Origin: an uncultured delta proteobacterium
GTDB taxonomy: Bacteria > Desulfobacterota > WTBG01 > CAIYCZ01
Direction: 5' to 3'
DNA: 64,000 nucleotides
NCBI GenBank assembly: GCA_963803975.1
Contig: CAWDOY010000045.1
Coordinates: 32,001 to 96,000, forward strand
This document shows, piece by piece, positions 22,705 through 36,824 of this stretch. The notes under the pieces were generated by a model. The model searched no databases, was not told the origin of the DNA, and saw only the letters and a program-made list of their open reading frames with translations. Position numbers and translations under genes: made by a program. The stretch's first letter is position 1. Every line of letters starts with the position of its first letter.

Positions 22705-23625
22705 TCAGGTTATTGCACTATTACATAACCTGAAAAAAGCATTTTTTATGTGAACTAATTGCCGGCCCAGAAAGCAATACATCCCCTTTTTCCCGGCCGT
22801 ATCTCCAGCCCCCGCAGTAAATTCCTCAAAAAACAGTCTCTGCTCTGCAGTCAGGGAATTCAATGCCACTGCTTTTCCGGCATATTGAGCAGCTTTTGCC
22901 CGCTTATTCAGGTCATCATAACATTTAACCAGTTGAAAATAACAATCGCCGGGCATTATGCGGGTTGGGGTTTTGCGTGATGCAACGTTCTTTACAGCAG
23001 CAAGAGCTGCTGTAAATTCTTCAATGGCGTCGTCAAACTGGCGCAGTTGTTTAAGGGCAATCCCCACAGTATAATGAAAAGCAGGGCTGTCTTTATCCTT
23101 GCAGTTTTCCGTGTTGAGTTTAATCTCTCTAAAAATTGCCGCATGGGTTTTTTGGGGCGCATTCACCTGCTGAGTCAAAAATGGCGATCCTGAATCAACA
23201 CTGATAGGGGAGAAAGCAGAAGAATTATTTTCAGTAAGCGCGCTTTCCAGGTCAAAAAATTCAGCATCCTGGGCAGCCTTGAAAGTATTAATCGTATCAA
23301 GTTTTACCGCGACACCGTTATCAGAGGGATTGTCGCTATGCTGCTTTGACCGTTGTTTCCCTTTCGGCGGTTCAGTTGTATCTGAGAGAAACTCCTGCAG
23401 GTGATCAATTTTCTTTCCTGAGACAATCTGTGCCGCAAGCTGCATGGCTTTTTTCGCCTCAGTATCATAGCCGATAGCGGCATAGTATTGCGCGAGGTCT
23501 TCCAGGGTTGAACGTGCTTCTTTTTGATACCCATTTTGTACGTAGAAGTCCACCAGTGTTGTGTATGTGTTTATTTTCGCATTATCCGGTTTCTTTTTAC
23601 CGGCCGGCTTAAAAAATTTTAACAT
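22705..23625 (-). CDS. TPR-containing hypothetical protein
   Basis: TPR-like helices at the N-terminus and FHYTVGIALKQLRQFDDAIEEF near the C-terminus. Start (MLKFFK) is uncertain. Confidence 0.65.
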   Translation of the reverse strand: MLKFFKPAGKKKPDNAKINTYTTLVDFYVQNGYQKEARSTLEDLAQYYAAIGYDTEAKKAMQLAAQIVSGKKIDHLQEFLSDTTEPPKGKQRSKQHSDNPSDNGVAVKLDTINTFKAAQDAEFFDLESALTENNSSAFSPISVDSGSPFLTQQVNAPQKTHAAIFREIKLNTENCKDKDSPAFHYTVGIALKQLRQFDDAIEEFTAALAAVKNVASRKTPTRIMPGDCYFQLVKCYDDLNKRAKAAQYAGKAVALNSLTAEQRLFFEEFTAGAGDTAGKKGMYCFLGRQLVHIKNAFFRLCNSAIT

Positions 23626-24129
23626 ATGTGTAAACATACATTTTAAAAGGATTCGGGTTGTGATTTTGAATGCGTGTGAAGATATGACCGCAAAAAACAT
23701 ACCATAAGCAGCCACGCACCAGCGGCTTATAAACTGAACTTTTAATAATGATGGTTTTGCGCGGCCAAGGGGCTGTTTGGCGAACGGTTCTATCGGCAGG
23801 TCTTTTCCAAGAAGCTAAAATAAATCATAAAACGTGTACAATTTTGATTGCTGTTAATGGGAGCTTGCTTTGCGATGAGGCAACTGAAGGCAGGAGCCAT
23901 TGAGTGTCAATAAAAAAATCTGCGGCAGGTTACGGGGGCAGGCTTTACATACTTGGGCGATGCCAGTCGAGCCGTCTGAATGTGGCGGGCCTTTTAGCCG
24001 GCGGTTTGCTCTTTACCGCCCACATCCCGGCATGCGGCAATACCTGCATGATTACCTCGGGCTGGTCTGTAAAAAATGCTTCAAGGGAATAAACAGGGGT
24101 GCCCACGTCCTCCTGCTCTGTATTCGTTA

Positions 24130-25125
24130 TCAATCCTCCCTTGAGTTGCCAACCGGCACGTGCAGGGTGCCTGTAAGAAATTGATACAGGATCTGCGCAA
24201 CATCGTCCGGCTTTTCCTCCTGAGGCACATGGCCGCACTGCGGAATGACAACCAGCGTTGATCTTTTTATATCGTGATTAAACCGGCATCCATCTTTCAG
24301 GGGAATCCAGTTGTCATTTCTTCCCCATATAATTAGGGTTTCCTGTTTAATGTCATGGATACGTCCTGCATACGTCAGTGCCAATTCCGGATCAATAGAT
24401 GTTGCCGCTGCCACCTGAGAATCAATGCCGCCTCTGGTTCGCAGCCGGTCGAAATATGCGTCAATCCTGGTGTCGGTTATTTTCTCTGCATCGTAGAAAG
24501 CTTTATGCAGGCCCCATTTTACCATCCAGCGGTTAAAACAAAGGTTTACCCAGAAATCCGGAAAGGGAACCCATGTAGATGCTGCAAAAGTGTTTTTGTC
24601 CGGCAGATAGCCGCCCGCGTCAATCAGCACCAGCCGCCCGACTTTTTCAGGATGATCAAGCGCCAGGATCCAGGCAATTGCCCCGCCCAGTGAATTGCCT
24701 ACCACCGTAGCGTTATCAATCCCGATTTTATCCATCCAGGCATACACGTCTTCCGTTAAGGTAAAAGGGTCGTACTTTGCATTAAACGGCTTGTCGGACC
24801 AGCCAAACCCTTTCATGTCAACAGCCCACACATGGGGAGCAGGACTACGGCGGTCTCTAAATATTTTCTGAAGTTTTGGAACCATATCTTCCCAGGTGAA
24901 AGTGGATGATCCAAATCCGTGGATCAGAACAACATCCCCGCCCTCCCCGGGATACTCGAGGTAATGGATATCTACATCCCGCACATCAGTAGCAATTTTT
25001 ACAAATTTATCATGCGCAGCGGGATGCATGATAACTCTGGTGTCCAGGCGTTTTACGCAGGCACTGAGAGACACTATGGTACAAACACACATAATTAGTT
25101 GCAGCACCCTCAGCATTCTGCGCAT
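24130..25125 (-). CDS. Alpha/beta-fold hydrolase, probable lipoprotein
   Basis: LSAC lipobox, LIHGFG oxyanion motif, GNSLGG nucleophile elbow, WGRND, GHVPQEEKP. Confidence 0.93.
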   Translation of the reverse strand: MRRMLRVLQLIMCVCTIVSLSACVKRLDTRVIMHPAAHDKFVKIATDVRDVDIHYLEYPGEGGDVVLIHGFGSSTFTWEDMVPKLQKIFRDRRSPAPHVWAVDMKGFGWSDKPFNAKYDPFTLTEDVYAWMDKIGIDNATVVGNSLGGAIAWILALDHPEKVGRLVLIDAGGYLPDKNTFAASTWVPFPDFWVNLCFNRWMVKWGLHKAFYDAEKITDTRIDAYFDRLRTRGGIDSQVAAATSIDPELALTYAGRIHDIKQETLIIWGRNDNWIPLKDGCRFNHDIKRSTLVVIPQCGHVPQEEKPDDVAQILYQFLTGTLHVPVGNSRED

Positions 25126-25262
25126 AGTGTTCTCCCGTTGTTTTCTATGTACATGATAACGCTGCCTTGCTGATAACCGTATCTCATTCTTGTGGCTTTA
25201 ATTTTATCTCACTATCCCGGGCAGCATGTTCTATTGACAGGAACTCGCTGTGGGATGAAACA

Positions 25263-25291
25263 AATATAGGCAAGGGGTAATTGTGTGTCAA
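25263..25291 (-). promoter_or_regulatory. Sigma-70-type promoter upstream of the hydrolase
   Basis: Minus strand: TTGACA, 17-nt spacer, TATATT. Confidence 0.6.
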
Positions 25292-25466
25292 TAAAAATCC
25301 GTCGCAAGACACGGGAATGTGTTTTGGGATCAGAATGAGGCGGGCTGTTAGCCGGCGGCATGAAATGCCGCAAGGGCTGCGTGAGGAGGCTATGCTAACC
25401 CACTTAACAATGATGCAAATCGCTGCAACTGCTCTCCCGGTCCTATCCAAACGGGCGGCCTGAGGA

Positions 25467-26243
25467 TTATTTATCGAAGCTATAAATCCTTTCCCCCTTC
25501 TGCAGCTGCTCCATCTCCTTCCACGACTTATCTGAATATTTTGTGTGCTCAGGAGATTTGAGCGAGAGCTGGTAGAGGAAGAGAGCCTTTTCCCGGTACT
25601 CCTGCGCCTTCTGCGGGTTTCTCACCTCAGCCGCAGGAGAAAAGGAATAGATCTCATAGAGAGTGTGACAGCGGTGCGCCATCTGGTAGAGGATCATGGG
25701 CCGGAACGAGGTTGTCGGATACTTCTCGAAAATCTCCTGCAGCTGCTTCAGCTCCCGGAGAACCCCTTCAGGCCTGCCGTGGTATTTCGGCTCCCATGTG
25801 ATCATGCGGTAGGCAGCCTCATCGGCAATGGGGCTGTCAGGATACTTTTCAAGCAGCATCTTGTACTGGCTGCGGTTATAGGTAATACCGGAAGACGTAG
25901 TTTCCCAGCAGTTATAGCTCCCATATTTTTCCAGAAACTGCTTTCTAACCAGCGGCTCGGGTTCACTGTTCTTGATGCGGCGCTGGTATTCCATCTCCAG
26001 CAGCCCCTCAAAAGACTCACCCAGGCGCTGCAGCACTATTGAAGATTCCTGTGACTCAGGATATTTGTCCAGATACCCCTGAAACAGTTTTATGGCCTCA
26101 GGGTAGGCCTTGTCGTCAAAAGCCTTTTGCCCCTCGATGAGATAGCGCTGCTCCTCTCCGGGCTTGCGCTGCGGCATTTCCGGGAGAAAGATACAGCCGT
26201 TAAGCAGTATGGTCAGTAAGCATAGCAGTAAACTCTTTTTCAT
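25467..26243 (-). CDS. BamD/YfiO-like TPR lipoprotein
   Basis: MKKSLLLCLLTILLNGC lipobox; three 'KYP.S/T' TPR-like repeats. Confidence 0.75.
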   Translation of the reverse strand: MKKSLLLCLLTILLNGCIFLPEMPQRKPGEEQRYLIEGQKAFDDKAYPEAIKLFQGYLDKYPESQESSIVLQRLGESFEGLLEMEYQRRIKNSEPEPLVRKQFLEKYGSYNCWETTSSGITYNRSQYKMLLEKYPDSPIADEAAYRMITWEPKYHGRPEGVLRELKQLQEIFEKYPTTSFRPMILYQMAHRCHTLYEIYSFSPAAEVRNPQKAQEYREKALFLYQLSLKSPEHTKYSDKSWKEMEQLQKGERIYSFDK

Positions 26244-26250
26244 AGCATCT

Positions 26251-27255
26251 CTATCGTGCCAGGGAAGAAAGAAATTTAATGGAGCGCATGAGCTCTTCGA
26301 ACTGCTCCGGGTAGAGTGACTGGGGACCGTCAGAAAGCGCGTGTTTCGGGTCGTGATGGACTTCCACAATCAGCCCGTGCGCGCCGACCGCAGCTGCCCC
26401 GCGGGACAGAGGGATAACCTGATCCCGCTTGCCGGCGGCATGACTGGGGTCAACGATGATAGGCAGGTGGCTCAGTATTTTTACTGCAGGGATCGCGCTC
26501 AAGTCCAGGGTGTTGCGCGAATGATCGGCAAAGGTTCTTACCCCGCGCTCGCACAGGATGATCTGGTGGTTTCCCTCTGCCATGATGTATTCCGCTGCCA
26601 TGAGCAGCTCTTCGATGGTGGCAGACATGCCGCGCTTGAGCAGTATCGGCTTTGAGCTTTTGCCGGCGCGCTTCAGCAGGGAAAAATTCTGCATGTTGCG
26701 GGCGCCGATTTGGATGACATCTGCCACCTTTTCAACAACGGCAAGCACATCATGGTCAATGGCTTCGGTGACAATCAGGAGACCGGTCTCTTTACGAACC
26801 TGATCCAGAATAGCGAGCCCTTTATCTTCCAGCCCCTGAAAACTGTAGGGAGATGTTCGGGGTTTAAAGGCGCCGCCGCGAAAGAGCCGGGCCCCGGCCT
26901 TTTTTACCGCGCGGGCAATGGTCAGGCACTGCTCAAGGCTTTCCACTGCACAGGGGCCGGCAATAACGGTAAAATCGCTGCCGCCGATTGTTACATCACC
27001 TATCTGAATGACCGTATTCTCGGGCTTTACCTCACGGCTCACCAGCTTATAGGGCTTGGAAACCGGTATGGCGTCCTTAACCCCGTCCAGGCCGAAAAAA
27101 AGCTCAGGGTCGAGCGGGCCGTCATTACCGATGATGCCGATTGCTATGCGCTCGCTCCCGGGTATTGCCACCGGTGTTAAACCGAGTTTTTTAATTTCTT
27201 CATTGATCCGGTCTATCTGTTCCGGGGTGGCATCCTTTTGCATTACAATGAGCAC
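26251..27255 (-). CDS. aroF: 3-deoxy-7-phosphoheptulonate (DAHP) synthase, type I-beta
   Basis: IAGPCAVES, RGGAFKPRTSPYSFQG, QIGARNMQNF, LCERG, DPSH, SDGPQSL. Confidence 0.97.
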   Translation of the reverse strand: MLIVMQKDATPEQIDRINEEIKKLGLTPVAIPGSERIAIGIIGNDGPLDPELFFGLDGVKDAIPVSKPYKLVSREVKPENTVIQIGDVTIGGSDFTVIAGPCAVESLEQCLTIARAVKKAGARLFRGGAFKPRTSPYSFQGLEDKGLAILDQVRKETGLLIVTEAIDHDVLAVVEKVADVIQIGARNMQNFSLLKRAGKSSKPILLKRGMSATIEELLMAAEYIMAEGNHQIILCERGVRTFADHSRNTLDLSAIPAVKILSHLPIIVDPSHAAGKRDQVIPLSRGAAAVGAHGLIVEVHHDPKHALSDGPQSLYPEQFEELMRSIKFLSSLAR

Positions 27256-27392
27256 GACGTATCTCCTTGCACTGGATATGATTACAAAGGTAGCACTTGA
27301 ACTTTAACATGTTTCTTTAAAAAATAAAATTTTAATTAGAGCGGGCCAGGGTAATTAAACAAGCGGAACAGATACGCTCTGCGAGAGAGTTC

Positions 27393-27420
27393 TTGACACC
27401 CCGGGAATCTACGCTATAGT
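27393..27420 (+). promoter_or_regulatory. Sigma-70-type promoter of the queA operon
   Basis: TTGACA, 16-nt spacer, TATAGT. Confidence 0.6.
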
Positions 27421-27477
27421 ACCCTATTTATTAATAATTCCTTTAAATTTCAATATATTATTTGACATTTTGCATTT

Positions 27478-28530
27478 ATGCAGTTAAAAGATTTTGATTA
27501 TTCTTTGCCCCGTGAACTGATTGCCCAGGAGCCCTTGAAGGAGCGTGACAGCTCCCGGCTGATGGTGCTTGATCGCCGCACGCAAACAATAGCACATGCA
27601 CATTTTTACGAGCTTCCCCGGTACCTGCAGCCGGGTGACCTGCTGGTGGCTAATGACACGCGGGTAATACCGGCGCGGCTGTACGGAAAAAAGGAAACCG
27701 GCGGCAGCGTGGAACTGCTGCTGCTGCGCTTTGTGGAGCACGGAGCCGGGGGAACGCAAGTATGGGAATGTCTTCTCAAGAGCCGGAGAAAGCCGCCGGT
27801 TCATGCAAAGCTCTTTTTTTCTTCTCATTTCCAGGGAGAAGTTTTAGCCCGAACTGAAAACGGCACATGGCTGATACGGTTGAAGCATCAGGGAAGCTTT
27901 GAAAACGCTCTTAGCGCCGCGGGGAGCACCCCGCTGCCACCCTACATCAGCAGAAGCGAACCTTTAGAGACAGAGGCATTTGACCGGGAGCGCTATCAAA
28001 CGGTGTATGCCAGCCGCAGCGGGGCTGTTGCCGCACCTACTGCCGGACTCCATTTTACGGAAAAGGTTTTAGCAGAAATCAGGCAGGCCGGGGCAGAGGT
28101 CGTATTTATAACACTCCACGTAAGCCTGGGCACATTTCAGCCGATCCGGGAAGAACGCATCGAAGACCACCGGATGCATGAGGAATTCTACCAGCTGCCG
28201 CGCGCCGCTGCAGACCGGATAAATCAGGCAAGAAGTGAGGGGCGCAGAGTCATATGCGTAGGTACCACCGCGACCCGCACTCTTGAAACGACTGCTGCAC
28301 CTGACGGGACCATGCGGGAGAGAGAGGGTTTAACTGATCTGTATATCTATCCCGGGTATACATTTAAAGCAGTGGACGGGCTCATAACAAATTTTCATCT
28401 CCCCAAATCAAGCCTTCTGCTCTTGGTGAGTGCCCTGGCAGGAGCTGCTTTTATACGCAGGGCTTATGAAGCGGCGATCAGGGAGCGCTATCGTTTTTAC
28501 AGTTACGGCGATGCAATGCTGATTATTTAA
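27478..28530 (+). CDS. queA: S-adenosylmethionine:tRNA ribosyltransferase-isomerase
   Basis: FDYSLPRELIAQEP, PLPPYI, AVAAPTAGLHF, TNFHLPKS, YRFYSYGDAM. Confidence 0.98.
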   Translation: MQLKDFDYSLPRELIAQEPLKERDSSRLMVLDRRTQTIAHAHFYELPRYLQPGDLLVANDTRVIPARLYGKKETGGSVELLLLRFVEHGAGGTQVWECLLKSRRKPPVHAKLFFSSHFQGEVLARTENGTWLIRLKHQGSFENALSAAGSTPLPPYISRSEPLETEAFDRERYQTVYASRSGAVAAPTAGLHFTEKVLAEIRQAGAEVVFITLHVSLGTFQPIREERIEDHRMHEEFYQLPRAAADRINQARSEGRRVICVGTTATRTLETTAAPDGTMREREGLTDLYIYPGYTFKAVDGLITNFHLPKSSLLLLVSALAGAAFIRRAYEAAIRERYRFYSYGDAMLII

Positions 28531-28547
28531 AAGTGCTAAAGTCCTGA

Positions 28548-29753
<1,206 letters not shown>

Positions 29754-29815
29754 ACCCGGTTACCTTTTGTATTAAATAATAATAACTTCAAAATTATCTT
29801 ATCTGGAGGTGAAAC

Positions 29816-30154
29816 GTGATACTGGTATCAGTAGCATATGCAATGGCTCCTACGGGCGGCGACGGGGTGGCTGGCGGTTTTTCGACCTTTATACCGCTTA
29901 TCCTGATGCTTGCCATATTCTATTTTATCCTGCTCAGGCCCCAGCAGCAACGGGCCAAAAAGGTCAAGGAGATGTTAACCAACCTCAAAAAAGATGACAT
30001 GGTAGTGACGACCGGCGGCATTCACGGAAAAATAACCGGGCTGACCGACACGATTGTGACCCTGGAAATTTCCCAGAATCCATCGGTGAAGATTAAGCTT
30101 TCCCGGAGCCAGATTGCCGGCATGAGTGATATGTATAAAAAAGGAGAGGAATAG
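29816..30154 (+). CDS. yajC: Preprotein translocase subunit YajC
   Basis: FYFILLRPQQQR, DMVVTTGGIHG; located between tgt and secD. Confidence 0.96.
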   Translation: MILVSVAYAMAPTGGDGVAGGFSTFIPLILMLAIFYFILLRPQQQRAKKVKEMLTNLKKDDMVVTTGGIHGKITGLTDTIVTLEISQNPSVKIKLSRSQIAGMSDMYKKGEE

Positions 30155-30220
30155 CCTCAGGCGAACGCAGGGCTTTTTGGCTGACCAGCCCCGGCGCAAT
30201 TAATTTTATAAGGAGCGAAT

Positions 30221-31819
30221 ATGCTGAAGAACATGAAATGGAGGGCAATCCTCTATGCCGTAATTAATCTGGTGGCGTTGGTGTATCTTCTGCCCACGTT
30301 TGTTAAAATGCCCACCTGGTGGGAAGATTACCTGCCCTCGGAAAAAATATCTCTCGGCCTTGACCTGCAGGGCGGCATGCACCTGATCCTCGGGGTTGAG
30401 ACTGAAAAGGCGGTGGAGAATACGGTTGAGCGCTACGGCACGGACCTTGAAGAGATGTTTTTCAATGAGCGCATCCCGTTTGACCATGTGAAAAAAATCG
30501 CCAAAGACCGTATTGAGGTGCAGATCGTTGATCCTGCTGCCCGTGATAAAGCGGGTAAGCTTCTGGAAGATAAATTTTCCGTCATGAAAAAGGTGAAGGT
30601 GGAAGAGACCAAAGACGGCATTATCTATATACTGGAGCTCGACAAGCGGGAAGCAGAGCAGATAAAGAAATCAGCCACCGAGCAGGCGCTGGAAACGATC
30701 AGAAACCGGATTGACCAGTTCGGCGTTGCCGAGCCGACCATACAGCAGCAGGGAGATGACCGCATTCTCATCCAGCTCCCCGGTATAAAAGATCCCAAGC
30801 GGGCACTTGATCTCATTGGCAAAACAGCGCTCCTGGAATTTAAAATCCTCGACGAAGAGGGCAACCTTGACGACGCCCTTAAAGGCAATGTTCCGCTGGA
30901 CGATCAAGTCCTCTACCAGCGGGAAGTAAACCGCGAAACCGGCGAAGTGAAAAAAGTGCCGTTCCTGCTGAAAAAGAAGACGCTGCTCACCGGAGACCGC
31001 CTGGTAAATGCACAGGTGCGCATTGAGAGCCAGTTCAACGAGCCGTATGTGTCCCTGGAGTTCGATGCCCGGGGGGCGGCCATGTTTGAAAAGATTACTG
31101 AGAAATATGTTAACAAGCGGCTTGCCATTGTTCTTGACAACAATGTCTATTCTGCGCCGGTCATTAAGGAAAAAATATCAGGCGGCAATGCCCAGATATC
31201 AGGCCGCTTTACCCCGGAGGAGGCCCGGGATCTGGCCATAGTGCTGCGCGCGGGATCATTGCCGGCCCCGGTTACCATTCTGGAGAAAAGGACGGTGGGG
31301 CCTTCCCTCGGTCAGGATTCAATTGACAAGGGACTGCTCGCAATGATTATCGGCAGCATTGCCACGTTTCTGTTTATGCTTGTCTACTACCGGTTATCCG
31401 GACTGGTTGCAAATTTTGCCCTGGTGCTGAACATTCTCCTGCTCCTTGCGGTACTGGCGGGATTCCGCGGCACGCTGACGTTGCCCGGCCTTGCCGGTAT
31501 TGTGCTTACCATCGGCATGGCGGTCGATGCCAACGTGCTCATCAACGAGAGAATAAAAGAAGAGATGCGTTCCGGCAAGACCCTGAAGGCCTCGATAGAC
31601 GCTGGGTACACGCGGGCCTTTCTTACCATCATGGACTCCAATCTCACCACCATTATTGCTGCAATTTTTCTCTTTCAGTTCGGCACCGGTCCGGTTAAGG
31701 GGTTTGCTCTGACCCTGACGATCGGCCTTCTGGCAAATATTTTTACCGCGGTCGCAATAACGCGGCTGATTTTTGATTACTTTGTTATTGAGCGGCGTAT
31801 TAAAACTTTAAGTATATAG
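30221..31819 (+). CDS. secD: Protein translocase subunit SecD
   Basis: LGLDLQGG, RNRIDQFGVAEP, VGPSLG, GMAVDANVLI.ERI. Confidence 0.98.
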   Translation: MLKNMKWRAILYAVINLVALVYLLPTFVKMPTWWEDYLPSEKISLGLDLQGGMHLILGVETEKAVENTVERYGTDLEEMFFNERIPFDHVKKIAKDRIEVQIVDPAARDKAGKLLEDKFSVMKKVKVEETKDGIIYILELDKREAEQIKKSATEQALETIRNRIDQFGVAEPTIQQQGDDRILIQLPGIKDPKRALDLIGKTALLEFKILDEEGNLDDALKGNVPLDDQVLYQREVNRETGEVKKVPFLLKKKTLLTGDRLVNAQVRIESQFNEPYVSLEFDARGAAMFEKITEKYVNKRLAIVLDNNVYSAPVIKEKISGGNAQISGRFTPEEARDLAIVLRAGSLPAPVTILEKRTVGPSLGQDSIDKGLLAMIIGSIATFLFMLVYYRLSGLVANFALVLNILLLLAVLAGFRGTLTLPGLAGIVLTIGMAVDANVLINERIKEEMRSGKTLKASIDAGYTRAFLTIMDSNLTTIIAAIFLFQFGTGPVKGFALTLTIGLLANIFTAVAITRLIFDYFVIERRIKTLSI

Positions 31820-31833
31820 AAAGGAACGGTCCT

Positions 31834-32754
31834 GTGGAGCTGATCAAGCCAAATACCAAATTCGATTTTATCGGGAAAATACGCTATGCGCTCATTCTCT
31901 CCTGGGTGCTCATTATCGTCGGCGTCATTTCCATGATAGCAAAGGGCGGCCCGCGATACGGCATAGACTTCAAGGGCGGCACCCTGCTGCAGATTAAGTT
32001 TGCCAAACAGGTCACCGCGGGCGATCTCAGGAGCGCGCTCAAGGAGATGGGCGTGGAAAATGGGTCGGTGCAGGGAGTCGGTGCTGAATCCGACCATGAG
32101 TTCATGGTCAATTTTGAAACCGAGCAGGCGGACCTGGAGGAGTTTTCGCAGAAGGTGAGCGAGAATTTTGTTAAAAAATTCGGCAAGGACAGCTTTGAAA
32201 TCAGGCGCGCGGAAATTGTGGGGCCCAAGGTCGGTAAAGATCTGCGGGAAAAGGCGCTCCTGGCAGTGGGCCTTTCCTGTCTTGGCATGCTCATCTATAT
32301 ATGGTTCCGGTTTGAGTTGCGGTTCGGTTTGGGGGCAATCGTTGCCCTGATCCATGACGTGCTCATCACCATGGGGATACTTTCTCTTACTGACACCCCG
32401 ATTGATCTGCCGGTGGTGGCGGCACTTCTGACCATTGTCGGCTTTTCAGTCAACGATACTATCGTGGTCTGCGACCGCATCCGGGAAAATATGCCGAAGA
32501 TGACCAAGCAGAAACTCACCGACATAATAAACATAAGCGTCAACCAGACCCTGAGCAGGACCATCCTTACCGGCGGCTGCGCTATTATGGCACTCATCGC
32601 CTTGTATGTTTTTGGCGGGGTTGTTATCCATGACTTTGCCTTTACCATGCTCATAGGAATATTAATAGGCACCTATTCATCTGTTTATGTTGCCTGCCCG
32701 GTGGTCATTTTCTGGGAAAAGCTGTTTGCGCCAAGGGAACAGCGTCGGCGATGA
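31834..32754 (+). CDS. secF: Protein translocase subunit SecF
   Basis: GIDFKGG, VGPKVG, HDV, GFSVNDTIVVCDRIRE, GTYSS. Confidence 0.98.
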   Translation: MELIKPNTKFDFIGKIRYALILSWVLIIVGVISMIAKGGPRYGIDFKGGTLLQIKFAKQVTAGDLRSALKEMGVENGSVQGVGAESDHEFMVNFETEQADLEEFSQKVSENFVKKFGKDSFEIRRAEIVGPKVGKDLREKALLAVGLSCLGMLIYIWFRFELRFGLGAIVALIHDVLITMGILSLTDTPIDLPVVAALLTIVGFSVNDTIVVCDRIRENMPKMTKQKLTDIINISVNQTLSRTILTGGCAIMALIALYVFGGVVIHDFAFTMLIGILIGTYSSVYVACPVVIFWEKLFAPREQRRR

Positions 32755-32770
32755 GGGAGAGCGGTATAGC

Positions 32771-33995
32771 GTGATTTCAGTCACTGAAGCGGTCACAACG
32801 ATTTTAAAAGAAATAGCGGTGCTGGGCACTGAGCGGGTTGCCATCACCGGCGCACTTGGCCGCGTGCTTGCTGAAGATATCAGCGCCCCATTCAATATCC
32901 CGCCGCTTGACAACTCAGCAATGGACGGCTATGCGGTGCGCTTCTCTGACATCCGGGGCGCATCAGCACAACACCCGGCGCAGCTGAAGATTCTGGGGGA
33001 TATACCCGCAGGCTACAGCGCATCGACGCCCATTAGCGCCGGAGAGACCTACCGGATCATGACCGGCGCCCCTGTTCCGGAAGGGCGCTGACACGGTGGT
33101 GATGCAGGAGGACACTCGGGCCCATGACCAGACCGTGGAAATCCTCAATGAGTGCTCCTGCGGCTCCCACATCAGGCGGGCGGGCGAGGATATTAAATCC
33201 GGCGACAGCGTTGTAACCAGCGGCACCGTATTGCGGCCGGCGCATATCGGCGTTCTGGCCTCCATTAAAAAATCACTGGTGACGGTCTATCAGCGGCCGC
33301 GGGTTGCCATTATTTCCACCGGCGATGAGCTGGTTGATGTTGATGAAGAGCTCACTGCGGGAAAGATTGTGAGCAGCAACAGCTATTCTTTATATGCGCT
33401 GGTGCTTGATAGCGGAGCCATTCCCGTAAGTTTGGGAATTGCCCGGGATACCAGGGAAGCGCTCAGGGAAAAATTTCTGGCAGCGCTCCATGCAGACATG
33501 ATTATTTCCTCCGGCGGCGTGTCAGTGGGCGACTATGATTTTGTAAAAGATGTCATGCAGGATCTCGGCGTTGAAATGAAGTTCTGGAAGGTTGCCATGC
33601 GACCCGGGAATCCCCTGGCCTTCGGTGTTATCAGCGGGAAGCCGGCCTTTGGCTTGCCGGGAAACCCGGTCTCGGTGATGGTTTCGTTTGAGCAGTTTGT
33701 CCGGCCCTCCATTCGCAGGATGGGCGGCCACCAGAAACTGTTCAGGCCGGTGATAGAGGCAACAGCCCTGGAAAAAGTGGACACGCGGCAGGGAAGACAC
33801 TATTTTATAAGATGCATGGTACGCAAAACAGACGCCGGCTATGTTGCTACCACGACCGGAGAGCAGGGCTCTGGCATGCTCATGTCCATGGCAAAGGCCA
33901 CCGGGCTGATGATGGTCCCGGCAGACCGTGAAGGGGTAAAGGCGGGAGAAAAAGTAACGGTGCAGATTCTGGACCAGGATTTTGGCATACTCTGA
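32771..33995 (+). CDS. moeA: Molybdopterin molybdotransferase, frameshift near 33085
   Basis: GRVLAEDI, NSAMDGYA, RIMTGAPVP, STGDEL, SGGVSVGDYD, GLPGNP. Confidence 0.96.
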
Positions 33996-34029
33996 AACAC
34001 TTTATTACTTGAGCCTGAAGGAGCATATT

Positions 34030-36792
<2,763 letters not shown>

Positions 36793-36824
36793 TGCGCAGG
36801 GCGGTAAACGTTCGGGAGGCTGTT

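Noticed and set aside
33080..33095. TGA ending the first moeA ORF as a selenocysteine codon, given selB in the window
   Set aside because: The downstream part is in a different frame; removing one G restores PEGADTVV.
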